A DNA stretch of 64,000 nucleotides. Source: a virus. Taxonomy: Duplodnaviria > Caudoviricetes. The notes under the pieces were generated by a model. That model was not told the DNA's origin. It did no database searches and saw only the letters and a program-made list of their open reading frames with translations. The DNA is taken from positions 636 through 64,635 of IMG/VR virus record IMGVR_UViG_3300010429_001521; one strand, given 5' to 3'. Shown here one piece after another: positions 17,932 through 26,925 of this stretch. The translations under genes were made by a program, and so were the position numbers. Each line of letters begins with the position of its first letter. The stretch's first letter is position 1.

Positions 17932-17957
17932 GCCACCAAAACGGCGATTTTAGCCAC
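17932..17957 (+). repeat. Dispersed repeat, copy 1 (copy 2 at 51181..51206)
   Basis: GCC(A/G)CCAAAACGGCGATTTTAGCCAC, one mismatch. Confidence 0.8.
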
Positions 17958-18485
17958 TTTGATAGCGACCCGCTACGTTGATATTCCCGAAGCGTTTAAA
18001 TGGCTACAATCGACGATTTGACGGGTTGTGAGACGGATTACATGAGTGGATTACGGAACACTGTGAACGGAACTCGAAACACGGTTATTTTCACAACATG
18101 CAGTTCGAATATTAGTATATTAGCATATTCTAATATGCGGTGAAATTCGTTTTATTTTCGAAAGCTGTTTATAAAATATTCGAAATGAATTTATTTTAGT
18201 ATCCATGTCCAATCTTTAGAGTGTAGTCAGCTAATAAGAATCAGATGTCGGGACGAACCAACACGACCTTCGAAGAAGGGAGTTGTTGTGTTTGTTCAGA
18301 CTCCTTATTAGCTGTCTGTCCGATGGACAGACTGTTGATGATGAATTTAAGAATTAAATTCAGATCTGCTCACGCGGGGTTCAGCTTTTTTATTATTTCA
18401 AAAGCTCTGTTCCGTGTTTGTTCAATATACATTCAGCGGCGCAAAAGCCAGTCAAATGGCTGATGTTCTGGCGGTTTGTTAACTC

Positions 18486-18588
18486 AGGTAGCTCAAACAA
18501 CTAACCGAGGTAGCTCAAACAGCTAACCGAGGTAGCTCAAACTAGCTAACCGAGGTAGCTCAAACTAGCTAACCGAGGTAGCTCAAAC
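18486..18588 (+). repeat. Iteron array (plasmid-type origin)
   Basis: 5 copies of AGGTAGCTCAAAC at 22,22,23,23-bp period, followed by AT-rich tract, upstream of Rep-like genes. Confidence 0.8.
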
Positions 18589-18655
18589 TTTTTAAGCTTT
18601 TTAAAAGAAATTTACATCAATCTTTTTAAGCAGTTTCAATACGTTAAAGACAATA

Positions 18656-18682
18656 AAACCGACTCAAACAAAGAGTCGGTTT
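18656..18682. terminator. Hairpin terminator
   Basis: AAACCGACTC/GAGTCGGTTT after RHH gene. Confidence 0.6.
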
Positions 18683-18696
18683 ATAAAAGTTACTAC

Positions 18697-18891
18697 TTAA
18701 ACTGGTAAGTTTTTTCGTTCCACGGGTTTTTTGTATGTGTCAATAAAATCTTTAATGATTCGTGAACAGTAGTTCGACATACTTCTACCATCTTCGTCAG
18801 ACAGTTTTTTAAGTAGTTGTTTACCTTCTTTACCGACCACGACCATGATACGATCATCGGTATTTTTAGCTGGATATTTTTTTGTGTCCAC
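18697..18891 (-). CDS. Ribbon-helix-helix regulator (CopG/Arc-like)
   Basis: RIMVVVGKEGKQLLKKLSDEDGRSMSNYCSRII; divergent from rep. Confidence 0.65.
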   Translation of the reverse strand: MDTKKYPAKNTDDRIMVVVGKEGKQLLKKLSDEDGRSMSNYCSRIIKDFIDTYKKPVERKNLPV

Positions 18892-18952
18892 AATTGACTC
18901 CGGTTTAAAACTTTGGTAAAGTGATGTTTAGATTAACCGTGAGTATAGTGTA

Positions 18953-20107
18953 ATGAATAAGAATTTACAACTGGTTGATGAAATGAGTTCAGGTGAAAAT
19001 AAAAATGTAATGTTTTTCAAACAATTACAAGTACATCAACATATATTACTCCATTTATTCAATCCATCAAACGAAGAAAGAACGTCTTACATTGTTCCAA
19101 CAAAGCTTGGTCATGTTCGTATGCACATGAAAGAAGATTTTCGTGCAAACAAATTACCGTTACCCACGTTTGCTGAATTTAAACTATTGATTTCAATTCT
19201 TGAATTTTCACAAAAAAATGGAAATCGAAGTGTTGTTTTTAATTCTGCTAATGATTTGATCAATGCAATGGGTTACAGCAGTTGTCAAAAAAATATGGAT
19301 TTGTTGAATCGAACCATTCAATCTTACCGTAGATTGGAGATTGAATATGAAAGATCTATTTTGTTGGACTGTGTTCCAGCGGATCACAATAAAATCAAGT
19401 ACGAAAAACTAGCGATCAACAGAAGAGTTCCTAAAAGTAATTATTGTTCGGTTGATTTACAAATTTTAACGGGTTTGTGTAACGAAGAAAAAAATAAAAA
19501 TACACGAGTTGTGGTTTTTAATTCAGACTTTTGGGAAATTTGCAACGACAAATACAGTTGGACGAAGGTTGTCAATTTATCCATTGTCAAACAATTCAAA
19601 TCACCAAGACAATTACAAATTTATCTGTTTTTATGTAAGTGGATGAATCATAAACAACTGACTATTGGCAATCCATTAACCATTAAAGAGTTTATTACGG
19701 AAACTGGGTTGTATTTTAATGAGTCAGATCCTAATCGCTATACTAAGTTGGCGACTGAAATAAAAACTACGTTGGATCTTATTTACCAATTGGATTTGGA
19801 ATGTCGTAATCAAGATCCTAAGTTTGCAAATAAAAATCAGCAATGGAATGTTAAGTTGCGTGAATCTTCGTTTAATAAAAAATTATCGGATGAACGCCGA
19901 ATTCAATTCGTATCACCTAACATGTACTACAACCCGGATATGCGTAAGGATGAATGGCTTGAGTTATTTCCGACATTAACTAATAAAGAATGGGAAGTTG
20001 CTACATATTTACATTTACCACAAAGGAAATCATTACCACCGGCATTTGTTGAAAAAGTGAAGCAGCAAATCTATAATTATCATCCTGATCCGTATGCGGA
20101 TTTATAA
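18953..20107 (+). CDS. Plasmid-type replication initiator (tandem wHTH, RepA-like)
   Basis: LPLPTFAEFKLLISIL...VFNSDFW...FKSPRQLQIYLFL; adjacent to iterons. Confidence 0.6.
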   Translation: MNKNLQLVDEMSSGENKNVMFFKQLQVHQHILLHLFNPSNEERTSYIVPTKLGHVRMHMKEDFRANKLPLPTFAEFKLLISILEFSQKNGNRSVVFNSANDLINAMGYSSCQKNMDLLNRTIQSYRRLEIEYERSILLDCVPADHNKIKYEKLAINRRVPKSNYCSVDLQILTGLCNEEKNKNTRVVVFNSDFWEICNDKYSWTKVVNLSIVKQFKSPRQLQIYLFLCKWMNHKQLTIGNPLTIKEFITETGLYFNESDPNRYTKLATEIKTTLDLIYQLDLECRNQDPKFANKNQQWNVKLRESSFNKKLSDERRIQFVSPNMYYNPDMRKDEWLELFPTLTNKEWEVATYLHLPQRKSLPPAFVEKVKQQIYNYHPDPYADL

Positions 20108-20140
20108 ACATCTTTTGGTATAACTCGTTAGGAGATCAAC

Positions 20141-20932
20141 ATGATTAAACAACCATTAAAATTGAATTACCTTTTTTCCACGTTGTTTTTAAATCCAACA
20201 ACTGACAATCGTACTAAGCAGTGTGCCATTGCACGAGATAGTGAAACACATGTGTTTAATGGAAGTGTTTTGAACGTACCAAGTGAGGTAAAGCCTTTAG
20301 CCCATTTAGCTGAATTTAAATTGTTGATGAGCCTTTTACAATACTCACAACATATCAATGCTCCATGCGTTCAATTTAGATCAATCAATGAGTTACTGAA
20401 AACAGTGGGATACACGCCAAGCGGTTTTGGGATTAATGCGTTTTACACAATGATTAACACCTTTAAATTCACTACGTGTGTATTTAAGACTGAATCTTTT
20501 TTCAGTAAGTTTGATGTTTTAACAAACTGGGAAACTGAATGTACACCAGTAGGTGTACAATTTAATCAATCATTTTGGGAATTGTGTCAAGGTGCTTATG
20601 CACTAGAAACAGAAAAAGATATTTTAAATAAATTTTTCACAGTAGATTTAACTGTGCTCAAACAATTAAAATCTCCGAAACAACTACAAATATATCTATA
20701 TCTTTGCAAACATTTAAATTTTAAGAATTTTTTTAAAAGTAAAAAATTCTTAATAGAAGATTTTATAAATGAAACAAATTTACATTTTAATAGCAATAAG
20801 GTTTATTCACTGTCTTTTGATATTAGAAAGACTTTAACAACAATAAATCATCAATTGCCAACAAGGTTAATGTTGAATGAAATTCTTTTCAAAGATTCAC
20901 GTCAAATACAATTTCTTCGTTCTTATTGTTAA
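20141..20932 (+). CDS. Second Rep-like paralogue
   Basis: LAEFKLLMSLLQYSQ, FNQSFW, LKSPKQLQIYLYL, FINETNL shared with 18953..20107. Confidence 0.6.
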   Translation: MIKQPLKLNYLFSTLFLNPTTDNRTKQCAIARDSETHVFNGSVLNVPSEVKPLAHLAEFKLLMSLLQYSQHINAPCVQFRSINELLKTVGYTPSGFGINAFYTMINTFKFTTCVFKTESFFSKFDVLTNWETECTPVGVQFNQSFWELCQGAYALETEKDILNKFFTVDLTVLKQLKSPKQLQIYLYLCKHLNFKNFFKSKKFLIEDFINETNLHFNSNKVYSLSFDIRKTLTTINHQLPTRLMLNEILFKDSRQIQFLRSYC

Positions 20933-20950
20933 ACCATGAGGTAGATAATC

Positions 20951-21334
20951 ATGTATCAACACTATGATAACGACACGTTCTTTAAAGCCGTTCACTGGGC
21001 TAAACGAAATATTCGTAAGGGTAAATCTCGTTTAAACACTTATAAAGCAGCGGAACGTTATTATGGTGTTGATGCAGATAAAATTCAAAATTACTTACTC
21101 AAGTATGAAAAAGATTTTATGTCAATTGATTACCGTAAATTTACAAATTATACGGTAGAACAATATTATTTTAATGAATTTAAAGAATACGTTGATAAAT
21201 TAGAAGATTATGTTGATAAATTAGAAGATGCATTAGATGAACAAAATGAATATATTGATAACTTGGAAAATGATTTAGATGAATTAAAAGGATATGTTAA
21301 TAAATTGGAAAATTACCTCGATTGTAATTGGTAA
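20951..21334 (+). CDS. Coiled-coil protein with heptad repeats
   Basis: EYVDKLEDYVDKLED...YIDNLEND...YVNKLEN; 21-bp DNA repeats. Confidence 0.6.
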   Translation: MYQHYDNDTFFKAVHWAKRNIRKGKSRLNTYKAAERYYGVDADKIQNYLLKYEKDFMSIDYRKFTNYTVEQYYFNEFKEYVDKLEDYVDKLEDALDEQNEYIDNLENDLDELKGYVNKLENYLDCNW

Positions 21335-21371
21335 AGTTGATATGCAAAACAAAAAAGGTATGTTATCGTAA

Positions 21372-21608
21372 TTGTCATCAACAAAAGGAATAATCATGGA
21401 AACCTTTGAACACGAACTTTCCCAGTTAATCAATAGATATTCCAAAGAAAATCAGAGTAATACTCCAGATTTTATACTGGCCCATTACTTAGCCAGTTGT
21501 TTAGACATCTTTAACTTTGCATTAATTCGTCGAACTCAATGGTATCATCATGATCAGCCTTTAGCACCCAAACAGTTTACATTCTTTAAATCATATAATA
21601 ATTTTTGA
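21372..21608 (+). CDS. Small phage protein
   Basis: ENQSNTPDFILAHYL motif; AAGGA SD before internal Met. Confidence 0.6.
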   Translation: MSSTKGIIMETFEHELSQLINRYSKENQSNTPDFILAHYLASCLDIFNFALIRRTQWYHHDQPLAPKQFTFFKSYNNF

Positions 21609-21799
21609 GGTTTCAAATGAAAATCATGGTATGTTGGTCCACGCTGTTACAGTATGCTAAAGAGTTAGCTATGGCTGAAAAATCGGGTAATCCAGATCTT
21701 ATTGCCGTAGCGAAGAAACGGCATGATGATTATGTGGAAATGTGTAAAGAGGCCGATGGCATGATGTTAAATGCAACCCGTAGTGCCGTTAATTTTTAA
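21605..21799 (+). CDS. Hypothetical protein
   Basis: 64 aa. Confidence 0.5.
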   Translation: MRFQMKIMVCWSTLLQYAKELAMAEKSGNPDLIAVAKKRHDDYVEMCKEADGMMLNATRSAVNF

Positions 21800-21808
21800 C
21801 TAGGTATA

Positions 21809-22150
21809 ATGTCACACGTATCCACTACCGGAAGATTTAAAATGAATGAACAAGCGATTGAAGCTGAAATTCAAAGTAAGAATTTAAACGCACCTCGATT
21901 GTCACCTGAACTGATTGATTCAAGGATTGAAAGTGAAGATTATTACGTATTCCCCAACACAACATTAACCGTATGTTGTTTAACATTGAAAAACGGTTAC
22001 ACCGTAACAGGTGAAAGTGCATCAGTTAGTTTGGAAAATTTTGATGAAGACTTGGGTAAAAAGATTGCCCGTAGTCATGCGCGTGATAAGATTTGGGCAT
22101 TGGAAGGTTATACATTGAAAGAACGTTTGTGGTTAAGTGCTCAAGTATAA
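21809..22150 (+). CDS. N4 gp49/Sf6 gp66 family protein (likely start ATG 21842); candidate nucleotide-signal sponge
   Basis: LTVCCLTLKNGYTVTGESASVSLENFDEDLGKKIA...ARDKIWALEGY. Confidence 0.75.
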   Translation: MSHVSTTGRFKMNEQAIEAEIQSKNLNAPRLSPELIDSRIESEDYYVFPNTTLTVCCLTLKNGYTVTGESASVSLENFDEDLGKKIARSHARDKIWALEGYTLKERLWLSAQV

Positions 22151-22174
22151 TCAATCCACACCCCAACAAAGTCA

Positions 22175-22203
22175 TTGACGGGGTACTTGATAAGTAGTAA
22201 ACT
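22175..22203 (+). promoter_or_regulatory. sigma70 promoter of Y RNA-Ro60 operon
   Basis: TTGACG-17-TAAACT, 7 nt before first RNA unit. Confidence 0.75.
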
Positions 22204-22210
22204 GGTTTTT

Positions 22211-22322
22211 CCGTGGTGCAGTTAACACTTCCTTCGAAAAGTCACAAGTTCGAATCTTGTCACACTGAAAAGTGTGTTGATGTTGGAAGACTTGAGCAAT
22301 AGTGTTAACGTCAACTTACCGG
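22211..22322 (+). ncRNA. Y RNA-like unit 1 (T-arm, closed acceptor-like stem, degenerate D-arm)
   Basis: GTGGTGCAG start; GTTAACACT/AGTGTTAAC stem; ACAAG-TTCGAAT-CTTGT. Confidence 0.7.
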
Positions 22323-22335
22323 ACGATTTGATTTT

Positions 22336-22409
22336 GGGTGGTGCAGAATACAGTTACTTCATTTGCCTTGTAAGCGAACACGATTATACTGTATTCAAGA
22401 TTTTCCCCC
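22336..22409 (+). ncRNA. Y RNA-like unit 2 (short; anticodon-like arm, UGU)
   Basis: GTGGTGCAG; GAATACAGT/ACTGTATTC stem; TTTGC-CTTGTAA-GCGAA. Confidence 0.65.
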
Positions 22410-22419
22410 AATAGTTTTT

Positions 22420-22547
22420 CCGTGGTGCAGTTAACGGTTACTTCAATGGGACTTGATGTCGTAAGTTCGAATCTTACCGTCCTTCACAAAGGACGTAGCT
22501 CAGTGGTAGAGCGCAAGTGAAAAGCACCGTTAACGCTTGTTTCCCGG
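22420..22547 (+). ncRNA. YrlA-like Y RNA unit 3
   Basis: GTTAACGGT/ACCGTTAAC stem; T-arm 22461-77, 7-bp acceptor stem closed by CACA, D-arm GCTC-AGTGGTA-GAGC; GCTTGTTTCCCG 3' motif. Confidence 0.8.
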
Positions 22548-22560
22548 ACAAACACGATTT

Positions 22561-22687
22561 TCGTGGTGTAGAAAACAGTTACTTCGCCTTCTAAGCGGGA
22601 TGTCACAAGTTCGAATCTTGTCATTCACTTCGGTGAATGTAGCTCAGTGGTAGAGCGCCTACGTTACTGTTTTCGCTTGTTTCCCGA
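22561..22687 (+). ncRNA. YrlA-like Y RNA unit 4 (permuted tRNA with UCU anticodon-like arm)
   Basis: GAAAACAGT/ACTGTTTTC stem; TTCGC-CTTCTAA-GCGGG; T-arm; CATTCAC-TTCG-GTGAATG; D-arm. Confidence 0.8.
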
Positions 22688-22732
22688 ACTTTCACTGTTT
22701 GTCCTTACATGTTGTCCATGTGAGGTCTTAAT

Positions 22733-24043
22733 ATGCAACTCAATACCAAAGCTAAATGTACCACCTTCACTCATGAAGGTGCGCCCGCTATTCCGTTGAC
22801 TCCCATTAAAGAACTACGCCGTGCTGTATTGGCATGTTTGTTGTGGGAAGATCAGTTTTATGAATCCGGTCAAGATATTGGAACTCGTATTAAAGAGTTA
22901 GTGGTCAAATGCAAACCGGAAGATGTATCCGCTTTAGCGATTGAATCTCGAACTCAGTACCGTATTCGTCATGCTTCATTGTTATTAGCACGAGAGTTGT
23001 GTCGTCATCCCAAAGCATCGGGACGTTTGGTGGGCGATACAATCTTTAATGTCGTACAACGTGCGGATGAATTGGCTGAATTTTTGTCACTGTACTGGTC
23101 TGATAAAAAACAACCGTTATCCAAACAGGTGAAATACGGATTGCAACGAGCATTCCATCGATTTGATGAGTACGCTCTGGCAAAATATAATCGTGATAAA
23201 AGCATCAAACTCTTGGATGTCATGCGATTAGTCCATCCCAAACCCGCGAATGAAATTCAATCAGCATTATGGAAACGTCTCCGTGATGGGGAATTGAAAA
23301 CTCCCGATACATGGGAAGTGGCATTATCCGCCGGGGTAGATAAGAAGGAAACATTCACTCGACTGATTGAAGAGAAGAAATTGGGTTACTTAGCGTTGTT
23401 ACGTAATCTACGTAATATGCTACAAGCCAACGTAGATGTTGACTTAATTAAGAATACACTAATATCTGGTGCTAAGTTCTCTAAAGCTCTTCCGTTTCGA
23501 TTCATTGCTGCGGCACGACATGCCGTGTCATTGGAAAAGACTTTAGATAAAGCGATGCAATTGTCAGTCAGTATGCTGCCCAAATTACCGGGTAAGACCA
23601 TTGTATTGGTAGATGTCAGTGGATCGATGGTGGGAACTAAAATTTCCCAAAAATCCGAGTTAGATCGTTTGGATGCTGCGGCTGGATTGGCAATCTTAGT
23701 GAATTCATTGGCTGAAGAATGTGTTGTATATACATTTTCCAGTGATGTCATTCGGATGCCCCCACGCCAAGGCATGGCATTACGTGATGCGATTTGTGCC
23801 ACTCATCACGGTAACACACTGTTAGGTCGTGCTATTGAAACGATGAATAAAGAGTCATATGATCGTTTGATTGTGATTACTGATGAACAATCACAGGATG
23901 TTGTATCCTCACCCAAGAGTTTAGGGTATATGGTCAATGTCGCTTCATACCAAAACAGTGTGGGATATGGCTCATGGATTCGTTTAACGGGATTTTCAGA
24001 AGCTCTGGTTCAGTGGATTCAAGCATCTGAATCTTTAACTTGA
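22733..24043 (+). CDS. rsr: Ro60/Rsr-like TROVE + vWA RNA-binding protein
   Basis: THEGAPA, LLWEDQFYE, EYALAKY, DVMRLVHPKP, TPDTWEVALS, ALLRNLRNM, LPFRF; vWA DVSGSM and ITDEQ. Confidence 0.92.
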   Translation: MQLNTKAKCTTFTHEGAPAIPLTPIKELRRAVLACLLWEDQFYESGQDIGTRIKELVVKCKPEDVSALAIESRTQYRIRHASLLLARELCRHPKASGRLVGDTIFNVVQRADELAEFLSLYWSDKKQPLSKQVKYGLQRAFHRFDEYALAKYNRDKSIKLLDVMRLVHPKPANEIQSALWKRLRDGELKTPDTWEVALSAGVDKKETFTRLIEEKKLGYLALLRNLRNMLQANVDVDLIKNTLISGAKFSKALPFRFIAAARHAVSLEKTLDKAMQLSVSMLPKLPGKTIVLVDVSGSMVGTKISQKSELDRLDAAAGLAILVNSLAEECVVYTFSSDVIRMPPRQGMALRDAICATHHGNTLLGRAIETMNKESYDRLIVITDEQSQDVVSSPKSLGYMVNVASYQNSVGYGSWIRLTGFSEALVQWIQASESLT

Positions 24044-24303
24044 CATATAAAATACCATACGTAACCCGTATGGTATTGGAGAATTTTATGAAGTATAAAA
24101 AGATTATTTTATTATTGACAGTATTGATATCTAGTTCTGTTTATGGTGAATCAAACAATCAACATTGTAATAAATCAAATCAAACTAAACATTACTATGA
24201 ACGTCATTATGACCGTCATAAAGAATATGATCGACAAAGATCAATAAATCAAACACGTCCCACTGTTAAAATCACTCCACGCAAATGGAAACCTCAATAC
24301 TAA
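24040..24303 (+). CDS. Small secreted protein (likely start MKYKKIILL)
   Basis: Signal-peptide-like segment. Confidence 0.4.
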   Translation: MTYKIPYVTRMVLENFMKYKKIILLLTVLISSSVYGESNNQHCNKSNQTKHYYERHYDRHKEYDRQRSINQTRPTVKITPRKWKPQY

Positions 24304-24304
24304 A

Positions 24305-24589
24305 ATGTTTAAAATAAATTATCCCAGTAAAAAAGAGTATGCTGAATTATTAAATGATATGGTGACTCAATTTTTTGAAAAACAAAAAGAGTTTTATTTA
24401 AAAAATTCAATAGGAGATCCAAATTTTGTTTTTTATGTGGGGATGAAAGAGTGGTATGCAATACGATTAGTCGATCTACATAGTAATTATGCACCCACTA
24501 TTAGAATCGATGGTGATTTACAGTGGTTTAACAGTCCCGTGATTCGTGTCACTAAAGATTCTTATTTTCATCTTGCATTAAAAGATTGA
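24305..24589 (+). CDS. Hypothetical protein
   Basis: 94 aa. Confidence 0.45.
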   Translation: MFKINYPSKKEYAELLNDMVTQFFEKQKEFYLKNSIGDPNFVFYVGMKEWYAIRLVDLHSNYAPTIRIDGDLQWFNSPVIRVTKDSYFHLALKD

Positions 24590-24591
24590 GT

Positions 24592-24620
24592 TTGACGCGG
24601 TATCATTAATATGCTATGAT
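24592..24620 (+). promoter_or_regulatory. sigma70 promoter
   Basis: TTGACG-17-TATGAT. Confidence 0.7.
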
Positions 24621-24670
24621 GTTAAATCCCGGTGAGTATCACGGGTTTTATTATTTAAAAAGGTGTATTT

Positions 24671-25033
24671 ATGATGTTAAAAATGGAAGGTTATGAACAA
24701 CCTTTAATTAAGTTGTCTGAATTACAATTTTCAGTGTATGAAGTTGTAAAGCAACTACAACCTGTCAACATTGAAACACTAAGGAATTCTTTAAAAGAAG
24801 TTAAGAAATCATCTTTAACTTCTGCTTTACGATCTTTAAAAGAAAAAGGTTTGATTCTGCATGAAATACCTTTTTATAAAACAACCGATAAAAAATTCTT
24901 TAATTTAAAGAATAAAGAACCTGCTAATGAACCGAAAATGGATTGTTATTCCATTCAAGAACAATTGGAATGGAATAAAAGAATTCTACAACAAAAAGCA
25001 TTACGCGAAGCTCGTATGAGGATTAATTTGTGA
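24671..25033 (+). CDS. Winged-helix DNA-binding protein
   Basis: QFSVYEVVKQ...SSLTSALRSLKEKGLI. Confidence 0.55.
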   Translation: MMLKMEGYEQPLIKLSELQFSVYEVVKQLQPVNIETLRNSLKEVKKSSLTSALRSLKEKGLILHEIPFYKTTDKKFFNLKNKEPANEPKMDCYSIQEQLEWNKRILQQKALREARMRINL

Positions 25034-25383
25034 AAACCATTATTGCGGGATCAAGAACTATTACGGATCTTAAACATGTGGAAGATGCTATTATCCGTAG
25101 TCAATTTCAGATTACTGAAATTATTTCGGGTGGAGCACGAGGTGTAGATACATTAGCGATGCATTATGCGCAACAAAATAAGATACCACTTACCATCATG
25201 CGAGCCGATTGGGACAAGTTGGGTAAGTCGGCTGGATTTCGTCGCAATGCCACCATGGCTACCATGGCAGATGCTTTAATTGCATTGTGGGATGGTGAAA
25301 GTCGTGGAACATTGCACATGATTAACGTTGCTAAAGAACGTGGATTGAAAGTCTACACTCACTTTTTAGGAGAATCTACATGA
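25030..25383 (+). CDS. SLOG-family (YspA/DUF2493-like) protein
   Basis: MKTIIAGSR, IISGGARGVD, GKSAGFRRN, WDGESRGT. Confidence 0.85.
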   Translation: MKTIIAGSRTITDLKHVEDAIIRSQFQITEIISGGARGVDTLAMHYAQQNKIPLTIMRADWDKLGKSAGFRRNATMATMADALIALWDGESRGTLHMINVAKERGLKVYTHFLGEST

Positions 25384-25634
25384 TTCATAAAGCCGATGAT
25401 GGACATCATTATTTCGATCAAGGTAAGTATTCCAATATCCCATTAAAGCATGTCCCCACGGAACATTTGGATGTCATGATTGAAAACTGGCACACATCTA
25501 ATAATTTAGATAAGTTAAGAGCTGTAGCCATTTGTTTGGATTATAAAATTAAAAGAATTCAAGATGCTGTTGATAAAGCAACAACACCCGCTAAAGTAGA
25601 TGTTGCAGTGGCAAATACAATACGGAGACGTTAA
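25380..25634 (+). CDS. Hypothetical protein
   Basis: 84 aa, coupled; GKYSNIPLKHVPTEHL. Confidence 0.5.
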   Translation: MIHKADDGHHYFDQGKYSNIPLKHVPTEHLDVMIENWHTSNNLDKLRAVAICLDYKIKRIQDAVDKATTPAKVDVAVANTIRRR

Positions 25635-26013
25635 AATGAGTCAACTAGAAAATGTAATGGCTGATGCTATTAAAGATGCACATGGTAGTATTGGTCAAGC
25701 GACTAATTTTGTTTTAGAACAAATGCCAGATTTAATACAGCAAGCGATGCTGTGGTACGCAGTTTCATCATTTTTCATCATGTGTTTTTGCATTTGGTAT
25801 TGTGTTGCATTTTTTCGTTATGTAAAGAATTTTGATTTTAATATTTTAAATGAAGATGAAGCTAAAGGAATACTTTCTGTACTACATCTTATAATAGGTT
25901 CTGTGGCATTTGTTTTTGCTTTTTTTTGTATTTTTTTAAACTTTGATTGGTTGCAGATTATTATTGCACCTAAATTGTGGTTGGTAGAATTTGCTGCACA
26001 ACTTACTAAATAA
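25600..26013 (+). CDS. Membrane protein
   Basis: Two hydrophobic helices; APKLWLVEF end; start probably internal Met. Confidence 0.6.
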   Translation: MLQWQIQYGDVKMSQLENVMADAIKDAHGSIGQATNFVLEQMPDLIQQAMLWYAVSSFFIMCFCIWYCVAFFRYVKNFDFNILNEDEAKGILSVLHLIIGSVAFVFAFFCIFLNFDWLQIIIAPKLWLVEFAAQLTK

Positions 26014-26022
26014 AGGTGTAAT

Positions 26023-26262
26023 ATGATATCTTCAGCAAGACCCACACATTGTACGCTTTGTGAAGAAGTTTTATATTATTTTGAAGATTTACGATATGAA
26101 CCTGAATTTGTCATTGAACTCCGTGATCCCAAAAAGGCCATTGAACTCGATAGTAAAACTACAAAATTTTTTGTTCATCAAAGTTGTTGGAATACCTTTT
26201 TAATCGAACTTAAAAATATTTGGAAACAAAACGATGGCATTGAAAGCACTGAATCAAAATGA
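26023..26262 (+). CDS. Hypothetical protein
   Basis: CTLC...HQSC. Confidence 0.45.
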   Translation: MISSARPTHCTLCEEVLYYFEDLRYEPEFVIELRDPKKAIELDSKTTKFFVHQSCWNTFLIELKNIWKQNDGIESTESK

Positions 26263-26719
26263 CATCATTGCTTTAAAACAAGCAGATCATATCGTTATTT
26301 CTCTCATCTATATCCACGGTAAACAAAATATTGCACGAATCTTATGTGCTAAGCAGATTGCTCCAGAAGAGTTTAAAACTTGGGAAATCTACGCCGCTTC
26401 GGCCATCATGTTTTTAGATGATGCTTTAATTGTGTCCAATGCGGAATGCCAGTTAACCATTGCCAACAGTTGTGTAGATTGGATTTGGCAAAGTATTGTT
26501 GGACAATTATTTGCTGGAGATGAAATTGAAATATTATGGAATCCCGATGAATATTCTTCGTATGAATCGGTTCAAGCAGGTTGGCATGGTGACTCTGTCA
26601 AACTCATTATATATCGCAAACAATTCAGATTTCATTACTTGATAGGTACTAAATTAACAACTACGGAAAATCGTTTAATTAAAGGATTAAGAAAACAACC
26701 CACTCAAGAGATGTTTTAA
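26234..26719 (+). CDS. Hypothetical protein
   Basis: 161 aa. Confidence 0.55.
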   Translation: MALKALNQNDIIALKQADHIVISLIYIHGKQNIARILCAKQIAPEEFKTWEIYAASAIMFLDDALIVSNAECQLTIANSCVDWIWQSIVGQLFAGDEIEILWNPDEYSSYESVQAGWHGDSVKLIIYRKQFRFHYLIGTKLTTTENRLIKGLRKQPTQEMF

Positions 26720-26720
26720 G

Positions 26721-26924
26721 ATGTGGATACCACTACATCACACCATTGTTTTATTATTGACCACGGCCATGCTTTTTTATTTACTTCCTAAATGCAAGAT
26801 TCAATGGCAACTATTAGTGATATTCATTTGGTTATGGGGTGTCAGTTGGTTGATGTTCGCCAATTATCAAAAGAATGAATATCAGATTTTTATTCCCAGT
26901 AAAAACACTTTAACGGAGATTTGA
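26721..26924 (+). CDS. Small membrane protein
   Basis: Two hydrophobic segments. Confidence 0.45.
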   Translation: MWIPLHHTIVLLLTTAMLFYLLPKCKIQWQLLVIFIWLWGVSWLMFANYQKNEYQIFIPSKNTLTEI

Positions 26925-26925
26925 A

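Noticed and set aside
18245-18463. 72-aa ORF upstream of the iterons
   Set aside because: No SD or motif; lies in the origin region; probably non-coding
18486-18588. CRISPR array
   Set aside because: Spacers are 9-10 nt and near-identical, no cas genes, Rep genes adjacent: iterons
22211-22687. Ordinary tRNA cluster or CRISPR-like array
   Set aside because: Arms are in permuted order, acceptor stems are closed by loops with no CCA, and units lie directly upstream of Ro60
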